64,000 nt of DNA from Spirochaetia bacterium (GCA_963662795.1 OY759746.1:3520001-3584000), one strand, 5' to 3'. Shown: positions 8,231 through 19,433, counted from the stretch's first letter. Notes: generated by a model not told the origin, from the letters alone. A program made the numbers and translations.

Positions 8231-9624
8231 TATTCCTTACCTGTATATTTAAATTCTTTTATATATTCTTTATTCTCACGATAATATTTTACTGATATTT
8301 TATCTTTGGCGAGGCTTAATTCCCTGTAAAAATCCCTTGTATTTTTTACAGCATTGCCGTTTATCTCAACAATTACATCTCCTGCGTTCATAGATTCCAA
8401 AACGGCCCCTTTTTCAACATATGAAACAATTACGCCGCTTTCAACATCTTTATTATCATTTAAATTTATATATTTTTTATTCACAGTAATAACAGTTATT
8501 CCCGGCCAGTAAGTATAAGTCCTTTCGGCAAGTGTATTTTTCTTTTCACGCAATCCCGGCTTTAATTTTTTAACAATAACTGACCCTTCCCTGACAATTA
8601 AAAAATCAGCATCGCTTCCTTCTTCCGCCTCTCCTACCGCCAGCAGAAGAGAATCAACATTCGGAGTTTCCCTGTTGTTGACTTTCATTATAAAATCCCC
8701 GGGAAGAAGGCCGTTTATATCTGCCGGTCCCTCTTTGATTGTCTGAAAAACCATTATCCCTTTTTTATCTGACACATTAAATATTTCTTTCTCAAAATCA
8801 GGAAGATAGCCGGCAATAACGCCTATCCAGCCGTACCGGACCTCTCCAAAATTGATTAAATCATCAACACTTTTAATTATGTTATTTACAGGTATTGCAA
8901 ATCCAAGGCCTATGCTGCCGCCTGTAGTCGTTGTAATCCAGCTGTTTATCCCGACAAGTTCCCCTTTCATGTTTACAAGTGCGCCGCCTGAATTGCCGGT
9001 GTTAATTGAAGCATCAGTCTGAATAAAATCACTTATATTTCCGCCCGCATTGTTTTTTCTACCCAGTGCACTGACAATACCGGATGTAACGCTTGAATCA
9101 AACCCGAAAGGACTTCCTACGGCCAGCACCAAGTCGCCCACTTCAAGTGTGTCTGAATCGCCTTTTGAAATTACTTTTATATTGGTATTCTGCGAATCAA
9201 AATAGATTACAGCAATATCTTTTCGATCATCTACTCCTGCAATAAACGCCTCTGCAAATTCTCCATCAAAAAGTTTTACAGTTATTTTATCTGCATCGGC
9301 TATAACATGTTTATTTGTAACTGCGAAGAATCTGATCCCGTCCTGCTTTATAATTACACCGGATCCCAAACCCTCTTCAAAGAATTCTTTTTTCTCCTCA
9401 AATATATTACCAGGGGATGGTGTAAACGGATTATATGAAAAATCCCAGCCTTCAGGCGTCTGTTGTGTTTTTTGATCAACAACCCTGACATGGACAACAG
9501 AAGGAAGTACTTTTTCGGCAACAGAAGAAAAAGATATATTTCCTGTTAAAAAACGGGAGACAGAAGAACACGATAAAACCAATAAAAAATTCGCTGAAAG
9601 CAGATAAAAATACTTCTTATTCAA
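8230..9624 (-). CDS. htrA: HtrA/DegP serine protease with two PDZ domains, probable lipoprotein
   Basis: GSGVII, TNKHVI, DIAV, IQTDASINTGNSGGAL and lipobox LVLSC. Confidence 0.93.
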   Translation of the reverse strand: MNKKYFYLLSANFLLVLSCSSVSRFLTGNISFSSVAEKVLPSVVHVRVVDQKTQQTPEGWDFSYNPFTPSPGNIFEEKKEFFEEGLGSGVIIKQDGIRFFAVTNKHVIADADKITVKLFDGEFAEAFIAGVDDRKDIAVIYFDSQNTNIKVISKGDSDTLEVGDLVLAVGSPFGFDSSVTSGIVSALGRKNNAGGNISDFIQTDASINTGNSGGALVNMKGELVGINSWITTTTGGSIGLGFAIPVNNIIKSVDDLINFGEVRYGWIGVIAGYLPDFEKEIFNVSDKKGIMVFQTIKEGPADINGLLPGDFIMKVNNRETPNVDSLLLAVGEAEEGSDADFLIVREGSVIVKKLKPGLREKKNTLAERTYTYWPGITVITVNKKYINLNDNKDVESGVIVSYVEKGAVLESMNAGDVIVEINGNAVKNTRDFYRELSLAKDKISVKYYRENKEYIKEFKYTGKE

Positions 9625-9666
9625 TTTTTTCTCCAGGCAATGTGCTTTATATATGTGCAGGATGTG

Positions 9667-10413
9667 TTAAAGGAAAGTCAATATTTCCGCCCTGTCATCA
9701 AAAACAGCGACTGTATGTTCAAAATGGGCAGACAAAGATTTATCGGCAGTTTTCACAGTCCATTTGTCTTCCATGACAATGACTTCATCTCCTCCAAGAT
9801 TTATCATAGGCTCAATAGCAAGCACCATCCCTGTCTTGAGACGGGGATTGGGGCCATTATTTATATAATTGGGTATTTGAGGCTCCTCATGTACACTGAA
9901 CCCGACACCATGTCCGCAAAAATCCCTGACTATGCCAAAGTTGTATTTTTTTGCATGGATAAAAATTGCCTTTGAAATATCAGATATCCTGTTACCTGTT
10001 ACTGCCATGGAAATTCCTTTTAAAAGACATTCCTGGGTAGTTTTCAACAGGAGCTGAACATCCCTGCCCGTTTGGCCGACAGGAATGGTGATAGCTGAAT
10101 CACTTATAAAACCATTTAAATCTACACCCAAATCAAGACTGACAATATCGCCTTCTTCAATAATTCTTTTCGATGGAATACCATGAATAACTTCATCATT
10201 TACCGAAATGCATATGCTTGCCGGATAACCCATATATCCCTTGAAAGCAGGTTTAGCGCCGCATTTAACAATATAGTTATACGCGATATCATCTATATCT
10301 TTGGTAGTAATACCGGATTTCAGATTTTCTTTGATTATTTCAAATGTTTCAGCAAGTATTTTACCTGATGATCTTATTTTTTCGATTTCTTTTTTATTCT
10401 TGAGTTTTATCAT
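9667..10413 (-). CDS. map: methionine aminopeptidase type I
   Basis: CISVNDEVIHGIP, GHGVG, AIEPM and SAHFEHT. Confidence 0.97.
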   Translation of the reverse strand: MIKLKNKKEIEKIRSSGKILAETFEIIKENLKSGITTKDIDDIAYNYIVKCGAKPAFKGYMGYPASICISVNDEVIHGIPSKRIIEEGDIVSLDLGVDLNGFISDSAITIPVGQTGRDVQLLLKTTQECLLKGISMAVTGNRISDISKAIFIHAKKYNFGIVRDFCGHGVGFSVHEEPQIPNYINNGPNPRLKTGMVLAIEPMINLGGDEVIVMEDKWTVKTADKSLSAHFEHTVAVFDDRAEILTFL

Positions 10414-10864
10414 CTGCTGTCTGTGTTTTTCTATCTTTTGGATAGGGTTTTTTCTCTAAATCCTTGAAAAGTGATTCAGCTTCTTCACCAAAAGATTCAG
10501 AAATTATTTTATCAACATTATTGTTACCGGAAGAATGAATGATAACCTTACCGCTTGTTACTACGCCCTGTTCAACATTCAGCTTTGGAGTTGAAATATT
10601 TCCAAGCACCTTTCCTGTCGCAAGCAGATTTACTTCTTCGCTTGCAGTAATATTCCCTATTATTGTTCCGGAAACAGTTACTTTTCTTGCGGAAATATCT
10701 GTTTTAACTTTTCCTGTTGGACCTATTACAACCTGGTCATCAGTGCGGATATCTCCCTGGAATTTACCTTCAATAAGAACCGGGCCATTAACATAGAATT
10801 TTCCTTCAAAAACAGAGCCTTCGCCGATTATACAATTTGTATTCATATCATTTATTTTTGCCAC
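10394..10864 (-). CDS. bactofilin (polymer-forming cytoskeletal protein)
   Basis: IGEGSVFEG...IEGKFQGDI...G.V.GNI beta-helix repeats; GTG start. Confidence 0.9.
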   Translation of the reverse strand: MAKINDMNTNCIIGEGSVFEGKFYVNGPVLIEGKFQGDIRTDDQVVIGPTGKVKTDISARKVTVSGTIIGNITASEEVNLLATGKVLGNISTPKLNVEQGVVTSGKVIIHSSGNNNVDKIISESFGEEAESLFKDLEKKPYPKDRKTQTADDKTQE

Positions 10865-10914
10865 TTATTTAAAGCTCCTGTAATTAGAATAATTATAATA
10901 CACAATAAAATATA

Positions 10915-12618
10915 TCACTTATACAAACCCTCTTCAACTATTTTGGATTTATAATATTTTCGAAGGTAAAGAGCTGTAAGGGACTTGTTGCCGGTTTTTA
11001 CAGCTCTGTCGAGGGATGCTTCACCCTCTTTAAGCCTTCCGCTCCTTAAATAAGACAAAGACAGCATCAGATAAATATCACTAAGGTTATTCTCATCTAT
11101 AATGCTGTCCTGCTTTTCAACAGTACTCTTTAAAATATTATTAAATGAATCAACTGCAGCATCAAATTGATTAATACAGAGATTGACCAATCCAATGTTG
11201 TAAAGTGATTCCCAATTTTTTTTTAGCTCATAATATTTTTTGAATAGATTAAGGGAATCATTATAATTCCTTTTTGAAAATGCTAAAGCAGCTCCGTAAA
11301 AAATTGTCCAATCTTCTTCCTTATTTTTTTCTTTGGCTATGAATACGGAAAGATCGTCAAACCGCTTCAGTCTGTATAGTTCTTTGGCAAAATACAGTTT
11401 GAATTTTCTGCTCATTCTGTCATCGTTAAAATAACTCCAGAATTCATTTATATATCTGTCCTGATTAGATCTGCTGAAATTCCCGGATGGTTTATCTTTT
11501 TTGCCGGAATAAACAGGTTCTTCCATATTTTTCAGGGTATGTGGAGAATCCAGCACAACAAGGCTTTTATAATCATCTTCAGTTAAATCATTATCTCCAA
11601 CATTGCTTTTAAGAAGAGACATAAAAAGAAGTTCCCTGTCTTCGGGAAAAAGAATTACCGCATCCTCTGTTCTGTAACTCTCTTTTTTTTGTGCAATATT
11701 AATCCAGTCAATGTTTATATACGGTATCCAGGAAAAGGTTTTATCAGAATCAAGCACAATTTCATAAATAGTCTCAGCCTGATTGATTTTATCCTGATAC
11801 ATTAATGCATCTGCTAGAAGCAATAATATACCGTTATCCTGTATTTCCCCTTTCCCGTTATCATATATTTTAATAAATTCCTCTGCTGCATCGTTGTAGT
11901 GCCTGTTATCATAGAAAACAAGTCCGGTCAATTCACGATTAATACTGTCGATTGATTTGCTGTTTCTCAAAATATTTTCTGCCCTGTCGAATTCCCCCTC
12001 ATAAAGAAGTGAAAGAACATAATTGTTTAAAACAAGCGGTTTATCTGAAATTCTATAAAGCTTTTCATACAAATCAGGTTTTTTAATATTATGCAGAAGT
12101 GCAGTAAGATCATTATCCCTGATTTTCAGCAATATTTCATCATTACCGGTATTTTTATATATTGCAGAAAGAATTACTGAAAAAAGCGAACCTGGTATGG
12201 TGATTTTTCTGTTTCTTTCAAGAAGTGTGGCGGCTTTATCGTATTTTTTATTTTGTACAAGTGAATATATATATACTGTAAAAATATCCTGATCTTTACT
12301 GAATCTGGTAAATGCCTTTTCCGAAACAGAAATTAAAAGATCAATATTACCTGTTTTTTCAGAAATTATATATGCCCTCTTTAATATTCTCATGTAATCT
12401 GCTTGTTTTACAGCAAAAGACAATAATTTTTTTATTGCACTTTCTGCTGAGTCAAAAGCATTACGTGATATGGAGAGGTCAATTTTATTTAACGTTATAT
12501 TGAATTCTTTCTTTTTTACTGTATTGGTATATAGTAAAAAAGATATTATCATAATGACTATTATATTAAGAACAGACAAAAGAACGATAATACTTTTATA
12601 TTTTTTTTTATTTATCAT
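10915..12618 (-). CDS. membrane-anchored TPR protein
   Basis: N-terminal TM helix and several TPR-like helical repeats (e.g. SLYNIGLVNLCINQFDAAVDSF). Confidence 0.7.
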   Translation of the reverse strand: MINKKKYKSIIVLLSVLNIIVIMIISFLLYTNTVKKKEFNITLNKIDLSISRNAFDSAESAIKKLLSFAVKQADYMRILKRAYIISEKTGNIDLLISVSEKAFTRFSKDQDIFTVYIYSLVQNKKYDKAATLLERNRKITIPGSLFSVILSAIYKNTGNDEILLKIRDNDLTALLHNIKKPDLYEKLYRISDKPLVLNNYVLSLLYEGEFDRAENILRNSKSIDSINRELTGLVFYDNRHYNDAAEEFIKIYDNGKGEIQDNGILLLLADALMYQDKINQAETIYEIVLDSDKTFSWIPYINIDWINIAQKKESYRTEDAVILFPEDRELLFMSLLKSNVGDNDLTEDDYKSLVVLDSPHTLKNMEEPVYSGKKDKPSGNFSRSNQDRYINEFWSYFNDDRMSRKFKLYFAKELYRLKRFDDLSVFIAKEKNKEEDWTIFYGAALAFSKRNYNDSLNLFKKYYELKKNWESLYNIGLVNLCINQFDAAVDSFNNILKSTVEKQDSIIDENNLSDIYLMLSLSYLRSGRLKEGEASLDRAVKTGNKSLTALYLRKYYKSKIVEEGLYK

Positions 12619-13027
12619 TCATTTCTTTATAAATACTGTCCAGAACGCCGTTTATAAAGCGGTATGACTCATCGCTGCTGAAACCGCGTGATATATCAAC
12701 CGCTTCATCAATTATAATATTCCCGGCTATTTCTTTCTGAAATAAAAGGGAATATGTACTTAGTCTTAAAATTGCAAGATCTACTTTTGCAATTCTTTTA
12801 AAAGCCCAGTTGTCTATGTGCTGCCTGATTTTTTCATCAATTTCAGAAACATTTTCAAGGGTTCCCTTAATCAGGAGCTTGGCAAAAACAATTGATTCTT
12901 CTGTAATTTTCTCTTTTTCAGTATCAAGCCATTCAAGATTATATAAATTCTCTATACCGGTTTTATTTATGTCCCAGCTGAAAATAACCTGAAAAGCAAT
13001 TATTCGACCTTTACGACGTGCCCCCAT
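12608..13027 (-). CDS. nusB: transcription antitermination factor NusB
   Basis: RRKGR, W..KRIAKVDLAILR, IIDEAV and FINGVLD. Confidence 0.95.
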   Translation of the reverse strand: MGARRKGRIIAFQVIFSWDINKTGIENLYNLEWLDTEKEKITEESIVFAKLLIKGTLENVSEIDEKIRQHIDNWAFKRIAKVDLAILRLSTYSLLFQKEIAGNIIIDEAVDISRGFSSDESYRFINGVLDSIYKEMNDK

Positions 13028-13041
13028 AGTACCTGCAATTT

Positions 13042-14058
13042 TTATAAGTAATACTTTATTTCAGCATCTTTCCTGAGTTCATCAACAAGTTCTTCAACAG
13101 ATTCCTTGAATACATCTTCCTGCTTTTTGATAATCAGGTAACTTTCAATCCTCTGCCTTACCGTAGTATCAGACTCAGGATTTATTTTATCATCTATTTC
13201 CAGGATTCTCGGGTCATAAACATCATTCATTCTTATTATATGGAAACCCATATTTGACTTTATTACACCGCTTATCTGCCCTTTCCTGAGGTTAAATACA
13301 GAATCAAAAAAATCATCACCCAATAGTTTTTTTCTCTGTAAATCATCAATTCTCAGATAACCAAAACTGCCCTTGTTGTATTTAGAGGTAGTATCATCTG
13401 AGCTTTCTACAAGCTGATCAAATGTTTTGGTTCCATTCTTTATCTGTTTTTCATAATCCAAAGCTCTTTCTCTGGCTCTGTCATTTTCTTCTTTGGTTGA
13501 AAGCATTCTGATATCAACAAATATATGATCAAACTGCACCATTTTTGCAATAAAAAACTGTCTTGAATTTTCATCATAGAATTTTTTTATTTCCGCGGCA
13601 GTAGGGTTCGGTATATTTGACATTTTTTGGCTTTTTACTTTCTGCACAAGCTTTTGAAGTTCAATTGTTGCCTTGCTTTTTTCAGCATAACGTTCCCAGG
13701 TCACTCCTGTCTGCCGTCTTACAAGGTCTTTAAGCTGCTGGTCTGTCATGTTTGACGAAGCATTACCAAGCTGCTTTCTTACAGCATTAATTACTTCAGA
13801 ATCACTGACTTTGATATTTTCACGTTCAGCACCCTGTTTCAGCAGGACATCGCCTATCATCGTATCAAGAACTTCCATTTCGGATTTATCAATTCCATTC
13901 TGTTTAAGAAGTTCCACAGTCTGAGTCAATTGTTTTTTTGAGATAATTTCAGGCTTTGTAAGATTTACAGTTGCAGCCCTCTGGTCAATAATTTCCTGAG
14001 AATATGCAATACCTGAAAACAGCAATAATATAATTAATGAAAGTATTAATTTTTTCAT
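13042..14058 (-). CDS. SurA-like periplasmic chaperone/parvulin PPIase
   Basis: Likely start at 14058 (MKKLIL... signal peptide). SurA N-domain, HIFV, SDD..S...GSFGY and ISGVIKSNMGFHII. Confidence 0.85.
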   Translation of the reverse strand: MKKLILSLIILLLFSGIAYSQEIIDQRAATVNLTKPEIISKKQLTQTVELLKQNGIDKSEMEVLDTMIGDVLLKQGAERENIKVSDSEVINAVRKQLGNASSNMTDQQLKDLVRRQTGVTWERYAEKSKATIELQKLVQKVKSQKMSNIPNPTAAEIKKFYDENSRQFFIAKMVQFDHIFVDIRMLSTKEENDRARERALDYEKQIKNGTKTFDQLVESSDDTTSKYNKGSFGYLRIDDLQRKKLLGDDFFDSVFNLRKGQISGVIKSNMGFHIIRMNDVYDPRILEIDDKINPESDTTVRQRIESYLIIKKQEDVFKESVEELVDELRKDAEIKYYL

Positions 14059-14065
14059 AATTAAA

Positions 14066-14398
14066 TTACTCTTTTTTATCTGCAGAACTGTCATTCCACC
14101 ATTCTGTAACTTCAGTTTTTTCAGAACTCTGTCTGTATGCAGCGCCGAGTACATCGCTTTTGTCTGAAGTTTTATTAATCCAGGCCAGTCCGAAAGATGT
14201 TAAAAGAAAAACGGCTGCAAGAATTGATGTAAATTTTGTAAGAACATTACCCGATCTTGATCCAAACGGAGTAGAACTACCACCTCCGAAAAGACCGCCC
14301 ATCCCTTCTCCCTGCTCATCCTGTATAAGTACCATAAGAATAAGAAGAAGGCATGATATTACAAAGACAACAAGAAGCAAGATTGAAAGTATACCCAT
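14066..14398 (-). CDS. secG: preprotein translocase subunit SecG
   Basis: Two TM helices flanking LIQDEQGEGMGGLFGGG...FGSR..NVLTKFT. Confidence 0.95.
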   Translation of the reverse strand: MGILSILLLVVFVISCLLLILMVLIQDEQGEGMGGLFGGGSSTPFGSRSGNVLTKFTSILAAVFLLTSFGLAWINKTSDKSDVLGAAYRQSSEKTEVTEWWNDSSADKKE

Positions 14399-14416
14399 TT
14401 ATAATCACCTCAAATA

Positions 14417-15175
14417 TTATTTAACACTGTTAATGATAGCTAAAAATTGTTCAGCTTTCAATGATGCCCCGCCGACAAGGGCACCGTCAATGTTTTCCAT
14501 TGATAAAAGCCCTGATGCATTTTCAGCTTTGACAGAACCTCCATACTGGATAATCATTTTTTCAGCACTTCCGGCTGAATATATTTTTTTAAGAGTCTGC
14601 CTGATGATTGCATGTACATCATCAGCATCCCTGTCAGTCGCAGTTTTACCGGTTCCTATAGCCCATACCGGTTCATAAGCTATGGTAATCAGAGAAAGAT
14701 CTGCCTCTGAAACATCTTTAAGTCCGTTTATAACCTGTTTTGAAACTACATCTGCAGCTTTACCTGCTTCTCTTTCCTCAAGGGTTTCACCTACACAGAA
14801 AATTACTTCCATTTTTTCAGCCAAAGCAAGTTTTATTTTACTGTTTATGAATTTATCAGTTTCTCCGTATATTATTCTCCGTTCTGAATGTCCGAGAATA
14901 ACAGCCCCTACACCAAGATCTTTTAACATTTCAATTGATATTTCGCCTGTATGAGCGCCGGATTTTTCATTGGACATATTTTGTGCGCCGAGTATTACGT
15001 TTGTTCCCTTAACAATTTTTGAAACATCAGAAAGCGCAGTAAAAGGGGGCGCAATCAATACCTTGCATTTTGCAGCTTTCGCCCCTTTTACAATTTCCGC
15101 AGCAAGGAACGATGCATCTGCGGTAAGCTTATTCATTTTCCAGTTTCCGGCTATATATTTTTTTCTTAAAGACAT
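14417..15175 (-). CDS. tpiA: triosephosphate isomerase
   Basis: AGNWKMN, GHSERR, AYEPVWAIGTG, YGGSV and LVGGASL. Confidence 0.98.
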   Translation of the reverse strand: MSLRKKYIAGNWKMNKLTADASFLAAEIVKGAKAAKCKVLIAPPFTALSDVSKIVKGTNVILGAQNMSNEKSGAHTGEISIEMLKDLGVGAVILGHSERRIIYGETDKFINSKIKLALAEKMEVIFCVGETLEEREAGKAADVVSKQVINGLKDVSEADLSLITIAYEPVWAIGTGKTATDRDADDVHAIIRQTLKKIYSAGSAEKMIIQYGGSVKAENASGLLSMENIDGALVGGASLKAEQFLAIINSVK

Positions 15176-15187
15176 AAAAACTCCAGA

Positions 15188-16372
15188 TTATTTTTCGATT
15201 GCTTTAATTCCGGGAAGAACTTTTCCCTCCAGATACTCAAGAGAAGCCCCGCCTCCGGTTGAAACATGACTTATTTTATCTGCATATCCGAATTTATTGA
15301 CAGCAGCTACAGAATCACCGCCGCCTACAACTGTTATTCCCTTGGAGGCAGCTATCATTTCAGCGACAGCAATCGTTCCTCTCTGGAAATTTTTGAATTC
15401 AAAAACTCCCATCGGGCCATTCCATACAATAGTTTTTGCTTTCGCCAAATGTTCCTTGATTAATGCTAATGTTTTTGGGCCGATATCCATACCCATGCAA
15501 TCATCAGGAATATCGCTGCTGTCTATATAAAGGCCTTCAGCATTCTCATTGAATTCTGTGGCTACAATATGGTCTATAGGAAAAACTATGTCAACACCTC
15601 TTGCAGATGCAGCTTTCAGGAATTTTTCAGCAGTTCCAATAAATTCTTCCTCAAGCAGGGATTTGCCGACTTTTTTACCCATTACCTTTAAAAAAGTATA
15701 AGCCATTCCGCCGCCGATAATCATTGAACTGCAATTGCCAAGAAGGGATTCAAGAACCGCAATTTTGGATGAAACTTTTGCTCCGCCTATTACCGCTACT
15801 AACGGCTTCTGGGGGTTTTTTAAAATTGGTTCAAAAAAATTGATTTCTTTTTCAATCAGGAAACCTGCTGCACCTGGAATAAATTTTGTAACACCCTCAG
15901 TCGAAGCATGTGCCCTGTGGGCTGTTCCAAATGCATCATTTACATAAACATCACCCAGTTTAGCCAGTTTTTTGGCAAAATCAGGATTGTTATCTGTTTC
16001 TTCTTTGTAATATCTTACATTTTCAAGCATAATTATTTCACCAGGCTTGATGTTTTGGACAAGTTTATCTACTGAAGGCCCGATGCAATCTTCAGCCATG
16101 GTTACTTTTTTTCCAAGAAGGGCAGAAAGTTTTACAGCAACAGGAGAAAGGCTGAATTCAGCCTTTCTCTCGCCGCTTTTGGGCCTTCCAAGATGACTCA
16201 TAAGAATCACCGATGCCCCTTCCTGCTTGAGAATATATTCCAGGGTTGGAAGTGATGCAGTTATTCTGCTGTCATCAGTTATTTTGCCTTCTTTAACAGG
16301 CACATTATAATCCACCCGGACAAGAACCTTTTTATTTTTAAGATCTAAATCTCTTACAGATTTTACAGGCAT
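15188..16372 (-). CDS. pgk: phosphoglycerate kinase
   Basis: [35 protein letters not shown] and [11 protein letters not shown]. Confidence 0.98.
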   Translation of the reverse strand: MPVKSVRDLDLKNKKVLVRVDYNVPVKEGKITDDSRITASLPTLEYILKQEGASVILMSHLGRPKSGERKAEFSLSPVAVKLSALLGKKVTMAEDCIGPSVDKLVQNIKPGEIIMLENVRYYKEETDNNPDFAKKLAKLGDVYVNDAFGTAHRAHASTEGVTKFIPGAAGFLIEKEINFFEPILKNPQKPLVAVIGGAKVSSKIAVLESLLGNCSSMIIGGGMAYTFLKVMGKKVGKSLLEEEFIGTAEKFLKAASARGVDIVFPIDHIVATEFNENAEGLYIDSSDIPDDCMGMDIGPKTLALIKEHLAKAKTIVWNGPMGVFEFKNFQRGTIAVAEMIAASKGITVVGGGDSVAAVNKFGYADKISHVSTGGGASLEYLEGKVLPGIKAIEK

Positions 16373-16382
16373 TTATCAGCTC

Positions 16383-17381
16383 CTAAACAAGTTTCTGGGC
16401 AAGATCGACAACCCTGTTCGAATAACCCCATTCATTGTCATACCAGGAAAGTATTTTAAAGAAGTTGGAACCGAGTTTCATTGTACTTGATGCATCAAAG
16501 ACTGATGAATGTGAATTGCTTCTTACATCAGCTGATACAATGGGATCAGAAGTATACTGGAGTATCCCTTTCATCGGACCGTCAGCAGCTTTTTTCATTG
16601 CAGCATTAATTTCATCAACAGAAACATCTTTTTTAAGTCTGAATGTCAAATCCACGATTGAACCTGTAGCTGTTGGAACTCTCATTGCAATACCGTTCAT
16701 TTTTCCATTGAGTTCAGGAATAACCAGCCCTATTGCCTTTGCAGCTCCGGTTGATGTAGGTATGATGGAAAGCGCAGCAGCCCTTGCTCTTCTGAGGTCG
16801 CTATGGGGCTGATCAAGTATAACCTGGTCATTGGTATAAGCATGAATAGTTGTCATAAGCCCTTCTTCAAAACCGAAGGAATCGCTTAAAACCTTTGCTA
16901 CAGGGCCAAGACAGTTGGTTGTACATGAAGCATTGGAAACTGCAAGATCAGTTTTCAAAAGCATGTCTTCGTTAACGCCGAGAACAATGGTTCTTATTTC
17001 ATCTTTAGCAGGTACTGTAAGTATTACTTTTTTTGCGCCTGCAGTAACATGATCAAGATAACCGCCCTTGGGGCCTGTCGCACCGCGGAAAACACCTGTA
17101 GATTCAATAACTACATCAACACCCAGGCTTTTCCAGGGAAGATTTTTAGGATCTCTTTCTGCATAAACCTTGATCTCTTTTCCGTCTACTGTTATAGCGC
17201 CTTCCTTTGCGTCTACTTCTTTGCCATATACACCATATGTGGAATCATACTTAAGCAGATATGCTAAAGTTTTTGGGCTTGTCAGATCGTTTATGGCAAC
17301 AATATCTATCCCTTTTTTTTCAAAAGCGATTTTAAAAACATTTCTTCCGATTCTGCCGAAGCCGTTAATAGCAATTTTCAT
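16383..17381 (-). CDS. gap: glyceraldehyde-3-phosphate dehydrogenase
   Basis: INGFGRIGR, SNASCTTNCL and WYDNEWGYSNR. Confidence 0.98.
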   Translation of the reverse strand: MKIAINGFGRIGRNVFKIAFEKKGIDIVAINDLTSPKTLAYLLKYDSTYGVYGKEVDAKEGAITVDGKEIKVYAERDPKNLPWKSLGVDVVIESTGVFRGATGPKGGYLDHVTAGAKKVILTVPAKDEIRTIVLGVNEDMLLKTDLAVSNASCTTNCLGPVAKVLSDSFGFEEGLMTTIHAYTNDQVILDQPHSDLRRARAAALSIIPTSTGAAKAIGLVIPELNGKMNGIAMRVPTATGSIVDLTFRLKKDVSVDEINAAMKKAADGPMKGILQYTSDPIVSADVRSNSHSSVFDASSTMKLGSNFFKILSWYDNEWGYSNRVVDLAQKLV

Positions 17382-17414
17382 ATTTTCCTCACCTTGTTTA
17401 ATATTTTCAGAATA

Positions 17415-17443
17415 ATAATAGTCAAAAGATATTCGATTGTCAA
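17415..17443 (-). promoter_or_regulatory. near-consensus sigma70 promoter of the gap-pgk-tpiA-secG operon
   Basis: TTGACA-17nt-TATTAT on the minus strand, with SD GAGG before the gap ATG. Confidence 0.75.
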
Positions 17444-17459
17444 TTAAGCAGGATAACTG

Positions 17460-19433
17460 CTATTTTATTCCCATAATGATGTTATAGAGGGCATAACCGC
17501 TGTTTTTGTCAGTAATTTCTTCCTCTTTTGGTTTTTCCTTGATTTCAGGAAGAACTATATCTCCATAATTTACAAGATTGAAGATATCACGGTTTTTAAT
17601 ATAGCCTTCAGAAATATATTCATCAGTTTTAGTCACATGAAACGTGCCAAGCAGATCCGCTGTCTGGTAGTTTTTCCCTATTTGTGTCCTGTCAGGGATT
17701 ACCCTGTCCTTTCTGACAATCAGGAAAGAATCCTCATCTTTTATATTGTCGTATCTGCCTAGATTTATAATTCCCCTGTCAAAATCCATCCTGATTATGC
17801 GGCCGTGAAGCCCTGAATCAATTTTCAGCTGATCGGCAAGTTTGTTAAGGCTTTCCCATATCCGGTTGTTCCCTGTAGTATTGATTTTGTATTCTTTTAT
17901 GACTGAACCGGTATAAGCTGAATAGAGCTGTGCATTTATTTCGAAAATTCTTTCTGACTCATTTATTTTTAAAATCAGGAAATAATCACACGGACTATCG
18001 GAATTGCGTGAAGCTGAAAAGGCCTGAGAATAATTATTTATTTTAAAGTCAGTATTTTTTATCTTTATTGTATCAGTATGATTAAGAATATCTGAAAAAA
18101 CACTGACAACAGTTTCTTCACCCCCGGGATGAAGCATATTGATTGAATCAATATAGAACAGATTAAAATCATACCCGTCTCTGTCAACAAGAAACTGATC
18201 TATATTCCATCGTGATGAAACAGTATTTTCATTCAGACTTTCCTCAATTTCTATAAGATCGCTGATATACTGTTTACTTTTCTCTTTTTCAGGCAGGGTT
18301 TTAAGTTCTGAAAGGTATTTTGATCTGAATCCGGATTTTAAAAAAATATTCGCATACTGCAGACGTCCATTTACTGAATACGGATTAATCAGAAGTCCTC
18401 TTCTGTAGCTGCTTAAAGCTTTCTGATTATAATTTCTCTCTTCAAGTCCCCTGCCCCGGTCAAAATGGTATTCTGCGTAGCGGTTTCGAAGCGGGTCTGT
18501 AAACTCTTTTGTTTCCCTGATGAGATTTTCAAGAGCAAAGCGGGATATTTCATCATCAGGATTTATTCGAAACGAGTCTGCATAGTATTTTAATGCCTTG
18601 TCAGAGTCACCGGTATTTTCATAAGCTTTGCCAAGCGTATATGAGACTATATTATTGGTTCTTTTTTTGTATAGCGGCTCAAGTATCTCCGGAATATGGC
18701 TGAAATCACCTTTTGCAAGCAGCAGTCTCGCAAACAGCAGGGATGATTCTGTATAATCCTGCTTTATTCTCAGGGAATCCCGTATTTTTCGCTCCGCCTG
18801 ATAAAAATCGCCGCGCTGCAGATAATGGCGGGCTGCAATATAAAGGGCAAAATAATCACCTGAGTAAAGTCTTAACACTTCCGACAGATATTTTTCTGAT
18901 TCATCGTATCTTCCCTGATAATCCGAGAGAAGTATTAAGGATAAAAGAGCTTTTTTATTTGATGGAGAAATTGAAAGAATATCAAGGTAATTTACAGTTG
19001 ATTCTGAATAGCGGCCCGTTAACAAAGCAATTTCAGCAAATCCGAAATAAGCGTTTATGTTATTGGGTTCTTTTTCATTAATATATTTAAATATTTTTTC
19101 AGACTCAGCGATTTTTCCCATTGCAAGCAGTATGCGGGCCTCCATTCCCTGAAGTTCTGTATTGTTTTTGTCAAAAATTCTGGCTGATTTAATCTGTTTA
19201 TGCGCTTCTGCGAATTCACCAAGATAAAAATAAGCTTCTGCAAGCCCTTTAACTGAATTGATGTAATCAGGATTGATTTCAAGAACAGTTTTATATTTTT
19301 CAATTGCCTTATAGTAATCGCCGTCAAGAACAAGCATATCTGCTTCACTGTTCAGGGTAAAAACATCATTTTGAGAGTATACAGACTGCAGCAGGACGAA
19401 TGTTATTGCGATTAAAAAAACTGTTTTCTTCAT
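17460..19433 (-). CDS. exported TPR protein with C-terminal alpha/beta and FlgT-C-like domains
   Basis: Signal peptide, many TPRs, and a C-terminal GRII...IINLG..D.IK..D.F motif. Confidence 0.7.
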   Translation of the reverse strand: MKKTVFLIAITFVLLQSVYSQNDVFTLNSEADMLVLDGDYYKAIEKYKTVLEINPDYINSVKGLAEAYFYLGEFAEAHKQIKSARIFDKNNTELQGMEARILLAMGKIAESEKIFKYINEKEPNNINAYFGFAEIALLTGRYSESTVNYLDILSISPSNKKALLSLILLSDYQGRYDESEKYLSEVLRLYSGDYFALYIAARHYLQRGDFYQAERKIRDSLRIKQDYTESSLLFARLLLAKGDFSHIPEILEPLYKKRTNNIVSYTLGKAYENTGDSDKALKYYADSFRINPDDEISRFALENLIRETKEFTDPLRNRYAEYHFDRGRGLEERNYNQKALSSYRRGLLINPYSVNGRLQYANIFLKSGFRSKYLSELKTLPEKEKSKQYISDLIEIEESLNENTVSSRWNIDQFLVDRDGYDFNLFYIDSINMLHPGGEETVVSVFSDILNHTDTIKIKNTDFKINNYSQAFSASRNSDSPCDYFLILKINESERIFEINAQLYSAYTGSVIKEYKINTTGNNRIWESLNKLADQLKIDSGLHGRIIRMDFDRGIINLGRYDNIKDEDSFLIVRKDRVIPDRTQIGKNYQTADLLGTFHVTKTDEYISEGYIKNRDIFNLVNYGDIVLPEIKEKPKEEEITDKNSGYALYNIIMGIK

